The translations under genes and the position numbers were made by a program. The notes below the pieces were generated by a model. That model did not search any database and was not told the DNA's origin. It was given only the letters and a program-made list of their open reading frames with translations. Below are positions 17,130 to 26,509 of a DNA stretch of 62,933 nucleotides, in pieces. Source of the stretch: an uncultured Rikenellaceae bacterium (GTDB lineage Bacteria; Bacteroidota; Bacteroidia; Bacteroidales; VadinHA17); contig CAZHRV010000010.1 in NCBI GenBank assembly GCA_964535035.1, positions 1 through 62,933 of the forward strand. The letters are read 5' to 3'. How positions within the stretch are numbered: position 1 is the first letter of the stretch; every line of letters starts with the position of its first letter.

Positions 17130-17215
17130 ATTGATTTTTCTTACTGTCTTGTTGTCTATTTGTCTTTCTTACTCCTTCACTTTTCTTGCCTGGGGGAAAC
17201 GGGGAAGGCGGTAAG

Positions 17216-18082
17216 TTATAGCATCAATTTAATACATTTCTTTAAGCTGCTTCTCCAGTGAGGTATTTCCAGGTTATAATTCTCTTTTATCTTGCTTTTA
17301 TCGAGTACAGAGTAAAATGGTCTTTTGGCAGCTGTCGGATAATCTTTTGACAATATGGGTATTATTTTGCATTGAAGCCCTGCTTCCTTTACTGTTTCCA
17401 GTGCCAGGTCATACCAGCTGCATATACCTTCGTTCGTATATTGATATATCCCCGCATTAAACGCGATCCGGTTCCTTATCACGCCTGAAATAATATTCAG
17501 GATTGCTTCAGCAAGATCGGCTGCCCAGGTAGGTGAACCGGTTTGATCAAACACAACCTTCATCAAATCCTTTTCTTTGGCCTTATTCAGAATTGTCTTT
17601 ACAAAATTGGTTCCGAAAGAAGAGTACAGCCATGATGTTCTGATGATCATCGATCCATGGTGCAGGAGTGCACCCTTTTCACCCTCGAGCTTTGAACGTC
17701 CGTAAGCGCTGAGGGGATTGGTCACAGAACTCTCTCTATACGGGACATTTGAGTTTCCGTCAAATACATAATCGGTAGATATATGTATGAATCTGCACTC
17801 CGATCCTTTTATAACCTCAGCAATATTTTTGACTGCTGTGCCATTGATAAGTAAAGCTTTATCATATTCGTCTTCAGCTTTATCCACTAAATTATAAGCG
17901 GCACAGTTAATGATCCAGTCGGGCCGGGTTTTATGAATGAAATCAGCAGTTTTATCTGGCGAGGAGATATCGAGATCCGAAATGTCAGTAAAGATAAAGT
18001 CGTATCCATAATAGCTTTTTGATGCATTTTTGAGTTCACTGCCAAGCTGACCATTTGCTCCGGTGATAAGAATAACTGCCAT
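17216..18082 (-). CDS. rfbD: dTDP-4-dehydrorhamnose reductase
   Basis: 288 aa. It starts ILITGANGQLG, and the length and context match RmlD. Confidence 0.9.
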   Translation of the reverse strand: MAVILITGANGQLGSELKNASKSYYGYDFIFTDISDLDISSPDKTADFIHKTRPDWIINCAAYNLVDKAEDEYDKALLINGTAVKNIAEVIKGSECRFIHISTDYVFDGNSNVPYRESSVTNPLSAYGRSKLEGEKGALLHHGSMIIRTSWLYSSFGTNFVKTILNKAKEKDLMKVVFDQTGSPTWAADLAEAILNIISGVIRNRIAFNAGIYQYTNEGICSWYDLALETVKEAGLQCKIIPILSKDYPTAAKRPFYSVLDKSKIKENYNLEIPHWRSSLKKCIKLML

Positions 18083-18098
18083 AGGTTTAAAGATAATT

Positions 18099-18647
18099 TC
18101 AAAAGTTCATTTCAGCCCTTCTCAGTGGAGGATTTTTCTGGTCTTTTTCGCTAATGACTGGAGCAGTATCACCCAGCCTCCAGTCAATGTCAAGAACCGG
18201 ATCTGTAAGGGCTATCCCTCTTTCCGACAGCTTGTTATAAATATCGTCAACCTTATATTGTACGATAGCTGCATCGCTTAAAACAGAAAACCCGTGAGCA
18301 AATCCCCTTGGGATAAAAAGCTGTTGTTTGCTTTCGGAGTCGAGCTCAATACCGAACCATTTTCCGAAAGTCCTTGAACTTTTACGCAAATCAAGAGCCA
18401 CATCATATATTTTTCCCTCAATAACCCTGATAAGTTTTGCCTGGTCATGAGGCTTAAGCTGATAGTGAAGGCCGCGGATTACACCCCTGGTCGATTTTGA
18501 CTCATTATCCTGAACAGGGATAAAGGATATCCCGGCTTTTTTGAAAGACTCGCTGTTGTAACATTCAAAAAAATACCCTCTTTCATCGGAATATATTGCC
18601 GGCTTTATGATGTAGAGCCCTGTAAATCCTGTTTCGACTTTTTCCAT
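18099..18647 (-). CDS. rfbC: dTDP-4-dehydrorhamnose 3,5-epimerase
   Basis: 182 aa with RGLHYQ and FIPRGFAHGF motifs. Confidence 0.92.
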   Translation of the reverse strand: MEKVETGFTGLYIIKPAIYSDERGYFFECYNSESFKKAGISFIPVQDNESKSTRGVIRGLHYQLKPHDQAKLIRVIEGKIYDVALDLRKSSRTFGKWFGIELDSESKQQLFIPRGFAHGFSVLSDAAIVQYKVDDIYNKLSERGIALTDPVLDIDWRLGDTAPVISEKDQKNPPLRRAEMNF

Positions 18648-18658
18648 ATCCCGGTTTC

Positions 18659-19552
18659 TTACTTTGATCCTTCCATAACACTGATCTCTTCGGAGGCTAT
18701 TCTGAGAAGGTATTTGCCATACTGGCTGTTAGAGAGAGGTTCTGCCAGAGCTTTCAGCTGATTTTTATCTATAAATCCTCTTTTGTATGCTATTTCTTCA
18801 ATACATGATGCTTTGAGTCCCTGTCTTTGTTCCAGGGTGGCAATAAAGTTGGCTGCCTGAAGAAGACTCTCAACAGTACCGGTATCGAGCCATGCCATTC
18901 CTCTGCCCATAAGTTTTACTTCAAGCCTGCCATCATTAAGGTATAGCCTGTTGAGATCTGTTATTTCCAGTTCTCCGCGTGCCGACGGCTTCAGCGATTT
19001 TGCCTTGCTGACAACTGTATTATCATAGAAATATAACCCTGTTACAGCATAGTTGGACCTGGGTTTAGAGGGTTTCTCTTCAATGCTTATAACTATACGG
19101 TTCTTATCGAATTCCACGACTCCATAGCGTTCGGGATCGGTTACATAATAGCCGAAAACACAGGCTCCTTCTTTAAGTTTTGCGGTATCCAGAAGAGTAT
19201 CTCCAAATCCATGACCGAAAAAGATATTATCTCCCAGTATCATGCAAACCGGATCTTTTCCGATAAATTCCTCACCCAGTATGAAAGCCTGTGCCAGTCC
19301 TTCAGGTGAGAGTTGTTCCACATAGCTGAATTTCAGTCCAAGCGGGGATCCATCCCCCAGCATGTTGAAGAATACCGGCAGGTCACGGGGAGTGGATATT
19401 ACGAGGATTTCACGTATCCCGGCCAGCATAAGCACCGACAATGGATAATATATCATCGGCTTGTCGTACACCGGCAGCATCTGCTTGGATATTGTGCTTG
19501 TGATCGGGTAAAGTCTTGTCCCTGAACCACCTGCGAGAATTATACCTTTCAT
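18659..19552 (-). CDS. rfbA: Glucose-1-phosphate thymidylyltransferase
   Basis: 297 aa. It starts [18 protein letters not shown]. Confidence 0.93.
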   Translation of the reverse strand: MKGIILAGGSGTRLYPITSTISKQMLPVYDKPMIYYPLSVLMLAGIREILVISTPRDLPVFFNMLGDGSPLGLKFSYVEQLSPEGLAQAFILGEEFIGKDPVCMILGDNIFFGHGFGDTLLDTAKLKEGACVFGYYVTDPERYGVVEFDKNRIVISIEEKPSKPRSNYAVTGLYFYDNTVVSKAKSLKPSARGELEITDLNRLYLNDGRLEVKLMGRGMAWLDTGTVESLLQAANFIATLEQRQGLKASCIEEIAYKRGFIDKNQLKALAEPLSNSQYGKYLLRIASEEISVMEGSK

Positions 19553-19572
19553 GAATTTTATTTTTGATTTCT

Positions 19573-20892
19573 TTAAAATCTTCTTCCTATCCCAAAATAC
19601 TCAAATCCCATCTTCTTAATCACAGCCGGATCATAAATATTCCTGCCGTCAAAAATAACTTTTCCCTTCATGATGCCGGCCATTTTTTTAAGGTCGGGAA
19701 TATGAAACTCCGACCATTCTGTCATCAGCGCCATTGCGTCAGCATCATTCAATGCTTCATATGGATCAGCAGCATATGAGATTTTCTTACCAAGCTTTTT
19801 CCTGGTTTCATTCATTGCAGCCGGATCATAGGCTTTTATGTCAGCCCCCTCTTTTAAAAGCCTTTCGATAAGGAATATTGACGACGACTCCCTTATATCG
19901 TCAGTTTTGGGCTTGAAAGACAATCCCCAGATTCCAATAAGTTTATTTTTAAGATTCTCGTTGAAGTAATTGCTTATCTTGTTGAACATTACATTCTTCT
20001 GATGTTCATTTGCTTTTTCTACAGCCTTGATAACATTCAGCTCATAACCATTGTCCTGCGCTGTTTTTATAATTGCTCTTACATCCTTAGGGAAGCAGGA
20101 TCCGCCGTAACCTGAACCGGGGTACATGAATTTGCTGCCTATCCTTGAATCGCTTCCGATACCTTTGCGGACATTATTGATATCGGCTCCGAGGAGATCA
20201 CACAGGTTGGCAATCTCGTTAATGAAACTGATACGGGTTGCAAGCATTGAATTCGCCGCATATTTGGTAATTTCCGCTGATATAATATCCATGAAAAGTA
20301 TTGGATGGTTATTCAGGACAAAGGGCATGTACAGCCGCCTCATTATCTCCCCGGTTTTTTCGTTGTCTATCCCTATAACAATCCTTTCCGGTCTGAGAAA
20401 ATCTTCCACAGCAGCGCCCTCTTTCAGGAATTCGGGGTTGGATGCAATATCAAAAGTTACTTTTGATTTACGCTTGTCAAGCTGAGCCTGGATCGCTTTT
20501 CTTATTTTTTCCGATGTCCCCGGGGGTACGGTGCTTTTGGTAACAACAACAGTATAACCATTTAACCCGGCACCAATCTCCTCTGCAGCTGAAAGGACAT
20601 GTATCAGATCTGCGCTTCCGTCTTCACCTGATGGAGTTCCGACAGCAATAAAAATAACCTCACTGTCATTTATTACATCTTTAAGGCAGGAAGAGAAGAA
20701 AAGCCTCTTCTTTTCAACATTGCGCCCAATCATTGTCTCAAGTCCAGGTTCATAAATTGGTACGGAACCCTCATTTAAATGTTTGATCTTGTTTTTGTCA
20801 TTATCAACACATGTTACGGTTACACCACTTTCAGCAAAACATGTTCCTGTGACCAGCCCTACATAGCCTGTTCCTATAACAGCAATTTTCAT
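19573..20892 (-). CDS. ugd: UDP-glucose 6-dehydrogenase
   Basis: 439 aa. It has [14 protein letters not shown] and the catalytic-Cys context GGSCFPKD. Confidence 0.92.
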   Translation of the reverse strand: MKIAVIGTGYVGLVTGTCFAESGVTVTCVDNDKNKIKHLNEGSVPIYEPGLETMIGRNVEKKRLFFSSCLKDVINDSEVIFIAVGTPSGEDGSADLIHVLSAAEEIGAGLNGYTVVVTKSTVPPGTSEKIRKAIQAQLDKRKSKVTFDIASNPEFLKEGAAVEDFLRPERIVIGIDNEKTGEIMRRLYMPFVLNNHPILFMDIISAEITKYAANSMLATRISFINEIANLCDLLGADINNVRKGIGSDSRIGSKFMYPGSGYGGSCFPKDVRAIIKTAQDNGYELNVIKAVEKANEHQKNVMFNKISNYFNENLKNKLIGIWGLSFKPKTDDIRESSSIFLIERLLKEGADIKAYDPAAMNETRKKLGKKISYAADPYEALNDADAMALMTEWSEFHIPDLKKMAGIMKGKVIFDGRNIYDPAVIKKMGFEYFGIGRRF

Positions 20893-20924
20893 CTATTTAT
20901 TTCAGTTAAATTTAGTGCAATATG

Positions 20925-20932
20925 CAAAGATA
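20925..20932 (-). promoter_or_regulatory. Bacteroidota -7 promoter motif (TATCTTTG on the minus strand)
   Basis: Lies 33 nt upstream of the ugd start. Confidence 0.45.
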
Positions 20933-20971
20933 ATAGAAGAGGCGGAATAATAAACCCCCCATCACCCTTAA

Positions 20972-21127
20972 CTACCCTTTATACACATCTTTGATAACGC
21001 TGGAAGAATTTAGGGACGAATAACCACTGTTGCGTTTGTGATCAGGCTTCTAAATTGAATTTCGAATCTCCTTCTGATATTCAGGATATCTTTTTAAAAA
21101 ATTGCTTTAGATATGTATAAAGGGTAG
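20972..21127. repeat. 156-bp segment bounded by 19-bp inverted repeats (CTACCCTTTATACA[C/T]ATCT)
   Basis: The arms are at 20972-20990 and 21109-21127 and match 18/19 as reverse complements. The segment lies in the divergent ugd/rpsA intergenic region. Confidence 0.7.
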
Positions 21128-21198
21128 CAGGACCAGAGGGGCGGACGGTAATTCAATGAAAATCTTCCCTTTATTATGACATTTCATAAAATTAATTT

Positions 21199-21206
21199 TA
21201 TCTTTG
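21199..21206 (+). promoter_or_regulatory. Bacteroidota -7 promoter motif TATCTTTG
   Basis: Lies 60 nt upstream of the rpsA start. Confidence 0.45.
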
Positions 21207-21265
21207 CACACTATTTTTCGATATAATGTCTAACTTATTAATTATTAGTTCTTTTAAAAACAATT

Positions 21266-23455
21266 ATGACTGAAAGCAAGAAAAAGACAACCAAAAAGGA
21301 TGTTGATGGAAAAGATGAAATTACAGGCAAACCTGTTAAAAAAACAAAGGTAAAAGAGACAAAGGAAAAACTTCTCGAACAGGCTCTTGAAGAAGAAACA
21401 TTGCCTGGAGAAGAGGACGTTACATCTGAAACAGAAACTCCAAAGGAAGTTAAAGAAACCATTGAAGCCGAAAAGAAGGAAAAACCTGACACTGAACAGG
21501 AAACTGAACAGGAAACTGAACCTGAAACTGAAGTTGAAGCGGAAATCGAACATGAATTACCTGAACCAATTGATAGTGAGGTTATTGAGGTTTCAGATGA
21601 GGTAAAGAAAGAAAAGAAATCCAGGAAAACCAAAGAGTTCAGGGAAGATGAATTAAAGACTATAACTGAAGAGGGTCTGTCACCCGAAGATTTTGACTGG
21701 GACAGTTTTGAGAGTGAAGAACAGAAAACCTCCCCCCGTTATAAGGAATATGAAGCATTGTACGATGAGACCCTGTCAACTGTTGCAGTAGATGAGGTAG
21801 TAAAAGGTACAGTGATACAGATGACTCCCCGTGAAGTTGTGATAAATATTGGTTATAAGTCGGAAGGTGTGGTGAGCCTTAATGAATTCCGTTATAATCC
21901 TGACCTCAAGGTGGGAGATACCGTTGAAGTCTATGTTGAAAGCCAGGAGGATAAAAAGGGTCAGCTTCTTCTATCACATAAAAAAGCACGTGCAATAAAT
22001 TCATGGGAAAGGGTCAATACATCACTTGAAAAGGATGAAATAATAACCGGTTATATCAAGTGCAGGACAAAAGGCGGAATGATAGTCGATGTTTTCGGTA
22101 TTGAGGCATTCCTCCCTGGTTCACAGATTGATGTCAAACCGATACGCGACTATGATGTTTTTGTGGGTAAAACGATGGAATTTAAAGTGGTGAAGATAAA
22201 CCAGGAATTCAGGAACGTAGTCGTTTCACATAAAGCCCTTATTGAAGCTGAGCTTGAACAGCAGAAGAAAGAAATAATTGCCAAACTGGAAAAAGGACAG
22301 GTTCTTGAAGGAACCGTTAAGAATATTACTTCATATGGTGTGTTCATCGACCTCGGCGGTGTTGACGGACTTATCCATATCACAGATCTTTCATGGGGAA
22401 GAGTCAATCATCCTGAAGAGATCGTTCAGCTTGATCAGAAGCTTAATGTTGTTATACTCGATTTTGATGATGATAAGAAAAGGATCGCCCTTGGACTAAA
22501 ACAGTTGACTCCTCATCCATGGGATTCCGTAGACCGGGATCTGAAAATCGGCGACAAGGTAAAAGGTAAAGTTGTTGTAATGGCCGATTATGGAGCATTT
22601 GTTGAGATTGCTCCCGGCGTAGAGGGACTTATCCACGTTTCTGAAATGTCATGGTCACAGCACCTGCGCAGTGCCCAGGAATTCATGAAAGTGGGCGATG
22701 AGGTTGAAGCAGTTATCCTGACACTCGACAGGACCGAGAGAAAAATGTCTCTGGGCATAAAGCAGCTGAAACCGGATCCATGGCAGAATATTGATGAGAA
22801 GTATACTGTTGGTTCCAAACATACAGCTAAAGTAAGGAACTTTACAAACTTTGGCGTATTCGTGGAAATCGAGGAGGGTGTCGATGGTCTAATACATATT
22901 TCAGATCTTTCATGGACCAAAAAAATCAAACATCCTGCCGAATTCACGGCAATAGATGCCGAGATAGAGGTTGTTGTGCTTGAGATAGATAAGGAAAACA
23001 GGCGGTTAAGCCTCGGACACAAACAGCTGGAAGAAAATCCCTGGGATGTATTTGAAAAAATCTTCACTGTCGATTCCATACATGAAGGTACCGTTATGGA
23101 ACTATTCGACAAGGGTGCTGGTATTGCCCTTCCTTACGGCGTAGAGGGATTTGCCACACCAAAACACCTGGTTAAGAAAGATGGGTTGCTGGTGAAAGTT
23201 GATGAAAAACTTATGTTCAAGGTTATTGAATTCAATAAATCAGCAAAAAAAATCATAGTCTCGCATAGCAGAATCTATGAAGATGAAAAGAAATCAGATG
23301 AGGTACCGCAAAAGAAAAAAGAAGCTGAAAAAACGAGAAAACCGGCAAGGAAAGCCAAGTCAGGTGCTGAGAAAACGACTCTCGGCGACATAACTCAGCT
23401 GGCTGCTTTAAAAGAAGAAATGGAAGAAAAACAGAATAAAGCTTCCGGGAAATAG
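21266..23455 (+). CDS. rpsA: 30S ribosomal protein S1 with a ~125-aa acidic/lysine-rich N-terminal extension
   Basis: 729 aa. Six S1 repeats follow EDFDWDSFE. There is no alternative in-frame start between codon 1 and the conserved core. Confidence 0.9.
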   Translation: MTESKKKTTKKDVDGKDEITGKPVKKTKVKETKEKLLEQALEEETLPGEEDVTSETETPKEVKETIEAEKKEKPDTEQETEQETEPETEVEAEIEHELPEPIDSEVIEVSDEVKKEKKSRKTKEFREDELKTITEEGLSPEDFDWDSFESEEQKTSPRYKEYEALYDETLSTVAVDEVVKGTVIQMTPREVVINIGYKSEGVVSLNEFRYNPDLKVGDTVEVYVESQEDKKGQLLLSHKKARAINSWERVNTSLEKDEIITGYIKCRTKGGMIVDVFGIEAFLPGSQIDVKPIRDYDVFVGKTMEFKVVKINQEFRNVVVSHKALIEAELEQQKKEIIAKLEKGQVLEGTVKNITSYGVFIDLGGVDGLIHITDLSWGRVNHPEEIVQLDQKLNVVILDFDDDKKRIALGLKQLTPHPWDSVDRDLKIGDKVKGKVVVMADYGAFVEIAPGVEGLIHVSEMSWSQHLRSAQEFMKVGDEVEAVILTLDRTERKMSLGIKQLKPDPWQNIDEKYTVGSKHTAKVRNFTNFGVFVEIEEGVDGLIHISDLSWTKKIKHPAEFTAIDAEIEVVVLEIDKENRRLSLGHKQLEENPWDVFEKIFTVDSIHEGTVMELFDKGAGIALPYGVEGFATPKHLVKKDGLLVKVDEKLMFKVIEFNKSAKKIIVSHSRIYEDEKKSDEVPQKKKEAEKTRKPARKAKSGAEKTTLGDITQLAALKEEMEEKQNKASGK

Positions 23456-23493
23456 AAATATTTGTTAAATTTAGGCTATCAAATTTTATAATT

Positions 23494-23832
23494 ATGGATT
23501 TCAATATTGAGAGCCGGAATAATAGCACACTTATCCAGATACAGTCGGAAAAGCTAGACACACATATAGCTCCCGCACTCAAATCTGAACTTGTGCTTGT
23601 TTCAGGAAAGGGTGAAAAAAATATCATCCTCGATCTTGAGAAATGTCAATACTGCGACTCTTCAGGCCTGAGCGCTATCCTTGTGGCAAACAGGCTGTGT
23701 AAAAATGCAGGTGGTACATTCGTTCTTTGCGGCCTTAATGAAGCCGTGGAACGTCTTATTACTATCTCACAGCTCGATACGGTCCTGACAATCACGGGAA
23801 CAGTGGCGGATGCTGAAAAAATGATATCCTGA
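23494..23832 (+). CDS. STAS-domain anti-sigma-factor-antagonist-like protein
   Basis: 112 aa with the DSSGLS phosphorylatable-serine motif. Confidence 0.8.
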   Translation: MDFNIESRNNSTLIQIQSEKLDTHIAPALKSELVLVSGKGEKNIILDLEKCQYCDSSGLSAILVANRLCKNAGGTFVLCGLNEAVERLITISQLDTVLTITGTVADAEKMIS

Positions 23833-23856
23833 AGTGATAAGTGCTGCAGAACATCG

Positions 23857-24780
23857 ATGAAATTAACTATTCTTGGCAGTAGTTCTGCATTGCCAACATC
23901 AGAAAGATTTCCAGCCGCTCATGTGCTAAATGCGCATGAGCGGCTGTACTTAATAGACTGCGGTGAAGGAACACAAATGCAGCTCCGTAAAAACAGGATA
24001 AGATTCGGAAAAATAAATCATATCTTCATAAGTCATCTTCATGGCGACCATGTTTTCGGACTTTATGGGCTCTTATCCACCTTCAACCTTATGGGAAGGA
24101 AAAATCCGCTGCACCTCTATGCTCCTGAAAACTACCGGAATATACTTAATTCACACCTTGCTGATTTTGATATTCATTTGAATTTTGAGGTTGACTTTAA
24201 TGCACTCAAAGGAAAAGACCCTCTATTGATACTCGATGACAAGCATCTGACAGTAACATCATTTCCCCTGGAACACAGAGTGCCGGCATTCGGATTTATT
24301 TTCAGAGAAAAACCTTACGACAGGAATATAATAAAAGAGAGTGTTGAAAGATATAAAATTCCGGTTGTGAGGATACCTGCTATTAAAAAGGGATCAGATT
24401 TTATTACTTCGGATGGTGAGTTGATAAAAAATGAGGAAATAACTCATGCAGGACCGGAACCACTCTCTTATGCCTATTGCAGCGATACAAAATACTTTAA
24501 ACGTCTCGCCTCCTTTGTCAGAGGAGTTGATGTTTTGTATCATGAAGCGACCTTTGATCAAAGTATGATGGAGATGGCAACGATCACCGGCCACTCAACA
24601 ACGCATGATGCTGCAAGAACCGCCTCCCTGGCAGGTGCGGGAGCATTGATCATAGGCCATTTCTCATCAAGATATAAGGATATAGATCGCCTCGTCGGGG
24701 AGGCAAGATCAATATTTCCGGATACTTATCCCGCCATCGACGGAAAAACCTATGAGATCAGTAAAAATTTTAGTCTGTAA
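23857..24780 (+). CDS. rnz: Ribonuclease Z
   Basis: 307 aa with the metallo-beta-lactamase motif HLHGDH. Confidence 0.9.
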   Translation: MKLTILGSSSALPTSERFPAAHVLNAHERLYLIDCGEGTQMQLRKNRIRFGKINHIFISHLHGDHVFGLYGLLSTFNLMGRKNPLHLYAPENYRNILNSHLADFDIHLNFEVDFNALKGKDPLLILDDKHLTVTSFPLEHRVPAFGFIFREKPYDRNIIKESVERYKIPVVRIPAIKKGSDFITSDGELIKNEEITHAGPEPLSYAYCSDTKYFKRLASFVRGVDVLYHEATFDQSMMEMATITGHSTTHDAARTASLAGAGALIIGHFSSRYKDIDRLVGEARSIFPDTYPAIDGKTYEISKNFSL

Positions 24781-24792
24781 ATAAAGAATTTC

Positions 24793-24800
24793 TATATTTG
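24793..24800 (+). promoter_or_regulatory. Bacteroidota -7 promoter motif TATATTTG
   Basis: Lies 30 nt upstream of the guaA start. Confidence 0.45.
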
Positions 24801-24829
24801 AGCTCGTTTTAAAACAAAACCCTGAAGGT

Positions 24830-26359
24830 TTGGAGGAGAAAATACTAATACTCGATTTCGGATCACAATATACTCAGCTGATTGCCAGGAGAATAAGAGA
24901 ACTGAATGTTTATTGCGAGATCTATCCGTTTAATAACTTCCCTGAACCTGATGAATCTGTCAGAGGAGTAATTTTCTCCGGGAGCCCCGCCTCAGTGCGT
25001 GATAAAAATGCTCCTGTAACTGACCTGGGTAAAATAAAGGGATACCTTCCCCTGCTTGGAGTCTGCTATGGCGCTCAATATCTTGTCCAGGGCTACGGTG
25101 GTGAGGTATTGCCCTCAAGCAGCCGCGAATACGGCAGAGCAAATCTTGTTAATATTGATACATCAGATCCCCTGTTTAAAAATGTCACACCTGGATCACA
25201 GGTATGGATGTCGCATGGAGATACCATTACTCTTCTTCCAGATAATTATGAGATAACCGGATCAACTGCCGATGTAAAAGCAGGGGCATTCCATATCAGA
25301 GGGGAAGATACATGGGGAATACAATTCCATCCGGAAGTGTGGCATACAACAGAAGGAAACAAGATACTCGCGAACTTTGTTGTCGGAATCTGCGGCTGTT
25401 CTCAAGAGTGGACACCTGTTTCATTCGCAGAATCATCAGTTGCGACCCTGAAAAAACAACTTGGAGATGACAAGGTTATTCTTGGCCTTTCAGGAGGTGT
25501 TGATTCTTCTGTTGCTGCTTTCCTTATAAACAGGGCGACAGGTAAGAATCTTACTTGTATATTTGTTGATAATGGCCTGCTCCGTAAAAATGAATTCCAA
25601 AGAGTGATGGAGTCCTATAACGGACTCGGACTCAATGTTGTGGGTGTTAATGCTTCCGACAGGTTCCTGGATGCACTTGAAGGAGTAAGCGACGCGGAAA
25701 TAAAGAGGAAAATAATAGGCAAAGTGTTCATTGAAGTTTTTGAGGAGGAGGCTCACAAGGTAAAGAATGTGAAATGGCTTGCCCAGGGGACAATTTATCC
25801 GGATGTGATTGAATCTACATCAGTTAACGGGCCTGCAGCAAAAATAAAATCACATCATAATGTGGGAGGACTCCCGGGAAAAATGCACCTTAAGGTGGTT
25901 GAGCCGCTCAAATTGCTGTTTAAAGATGAAGTCAGAAAACTGGGTTATGCCCTGGGTCTGCCTGAATTTATACTGAAGAGACATCCTTTTCCGGGACCAG
26001 GTCTGGCAGTACGCCTGCTCGGAAAAATATCAAGGGAAAAACTTAATATTCTGAAAGAGGCAGACGAGATATTCATATCAGCATTAATTAAACAGGGTCT
26101 TTACGACTCTGTATGGCAAGCTGGAGCCATCCTTTTGCCTGTTCAGTCAGTCGGTGTAATGGGTGATGAAAGAACATATGAGAATGCCATTGTCCTCAGG
26201 GCAGTAACCTCAACTGACGGCATGACAGCCGACTGGTCGCCACTGCCACACGACTTCCTGGCAGCAATATCGGGTGAAATAATAAACAAGGTTAAAGGCA
26301 TAAACAGAGTAGTCTATGATATTAGCTCCAAACCTCCATCAACTATAGAATGGGAATAG
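24830..26359 (+). CDS. guaA: GMP synthase (glutamine-hydrolysing)
   Basis: 509 aa. It has [21 protein letters not shown] and the SGGVDSSV P-loop. The start appears to be TTG, because no in-frame ATG lies upstream of the conserved N-terminus. Confidence 0.93.
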   Translation: MEEKILILDFGSQYTQLIARRIRELNVYCEIYPFNNFPEPDESVRGVIFSGSPASVRDKNAPVTDLGKIKGYLPLLGVCYGAQYLVQGYGGEVLPSSSREYGRANLVNIDTSDPLFKNVTPGSQVWMSHGDTITLLPDNYEITGSTADVKAGAFHIRGEDTWGIQFHPEVWHTTEGNKILANFVVGICGCSQEWTPVSFAESSVATLKKQLGDDKVILGLSGGVDSSVAAFLINRATGKNLTCIFVDNGLLRKNEFQRVMESYNGLGLNVVGVNASDRFLDALEGVSDAEIKRKIIGKVFIEVFEEEAHKVKNVKWLAQGTIYPDVIESTSVNGPAAKIKSHHNVGGLPGKMHLKVVEPLKLLFKDEVRKLGYALGLPEFILKRHPFPGPGLAVRLLGKISREKLNILKEADEIFISALIKQGLYDSVWQAGAILLPVQSVGVMGDERTYENAIVLRAVTSTDGMTADWSPLPHDFLAAISGEIINKVKGINRVVYDISSKPPSTIEWE

Positions 26360-26394
26360 GGTTAAAGTTGAAAGTTGAAAGTTAAAAGTTAAAA
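26360..26394. repeat. Heptanucleotide tandem array (GTTRAAA)x5
   Basis: GGTTAAA GTTGAAA GTTGAAA GTTAAAA GTTAAAA begins directly after the guaA TAG stop. A weaker 7-nt phase continues to about 26429. Confidence 0.8.
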
Positions 26395-26509
26395 GGAAGA
26401 AGTATATAGTTAAGGAGTAATAGTAAAATATTACGGATTTGTAAAATATAACATATAAAAAAGGGCATACAAATTGTTGAATAAATTTTTAAAGAAAAAA
26501 ATACATTTA

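Noticed and set aside
17131-17215. Pyrimidine-rich spacer between pgm and rfbD as another heptamer array.
   Set aside because: The TGTCT motifs recur at 8-nt spacing and TTCTTAC at 28-nt spacing, so there is no consistent 7-nt phase.
20991-21108. A classical invertible promoter inside the IR-flanked segment.
   Set aside because: No TAnnTTTG motif occurs in either orientation inside the segment. It is kept only as an inverton/MITE candidate, not a promoter call.
21238-21633. Minus-strand Ser-rich ORFs (131 aa and 99 aa).
   Set aside because: They are reverse-complement artefacts of the GAA/GAG-rich repeat that encodes the rpsA N-terminal extension.
22588-23112. 174-aa minus-strand ORF.
   Set aside because: It runs antisense within rpsA and has no motifs.
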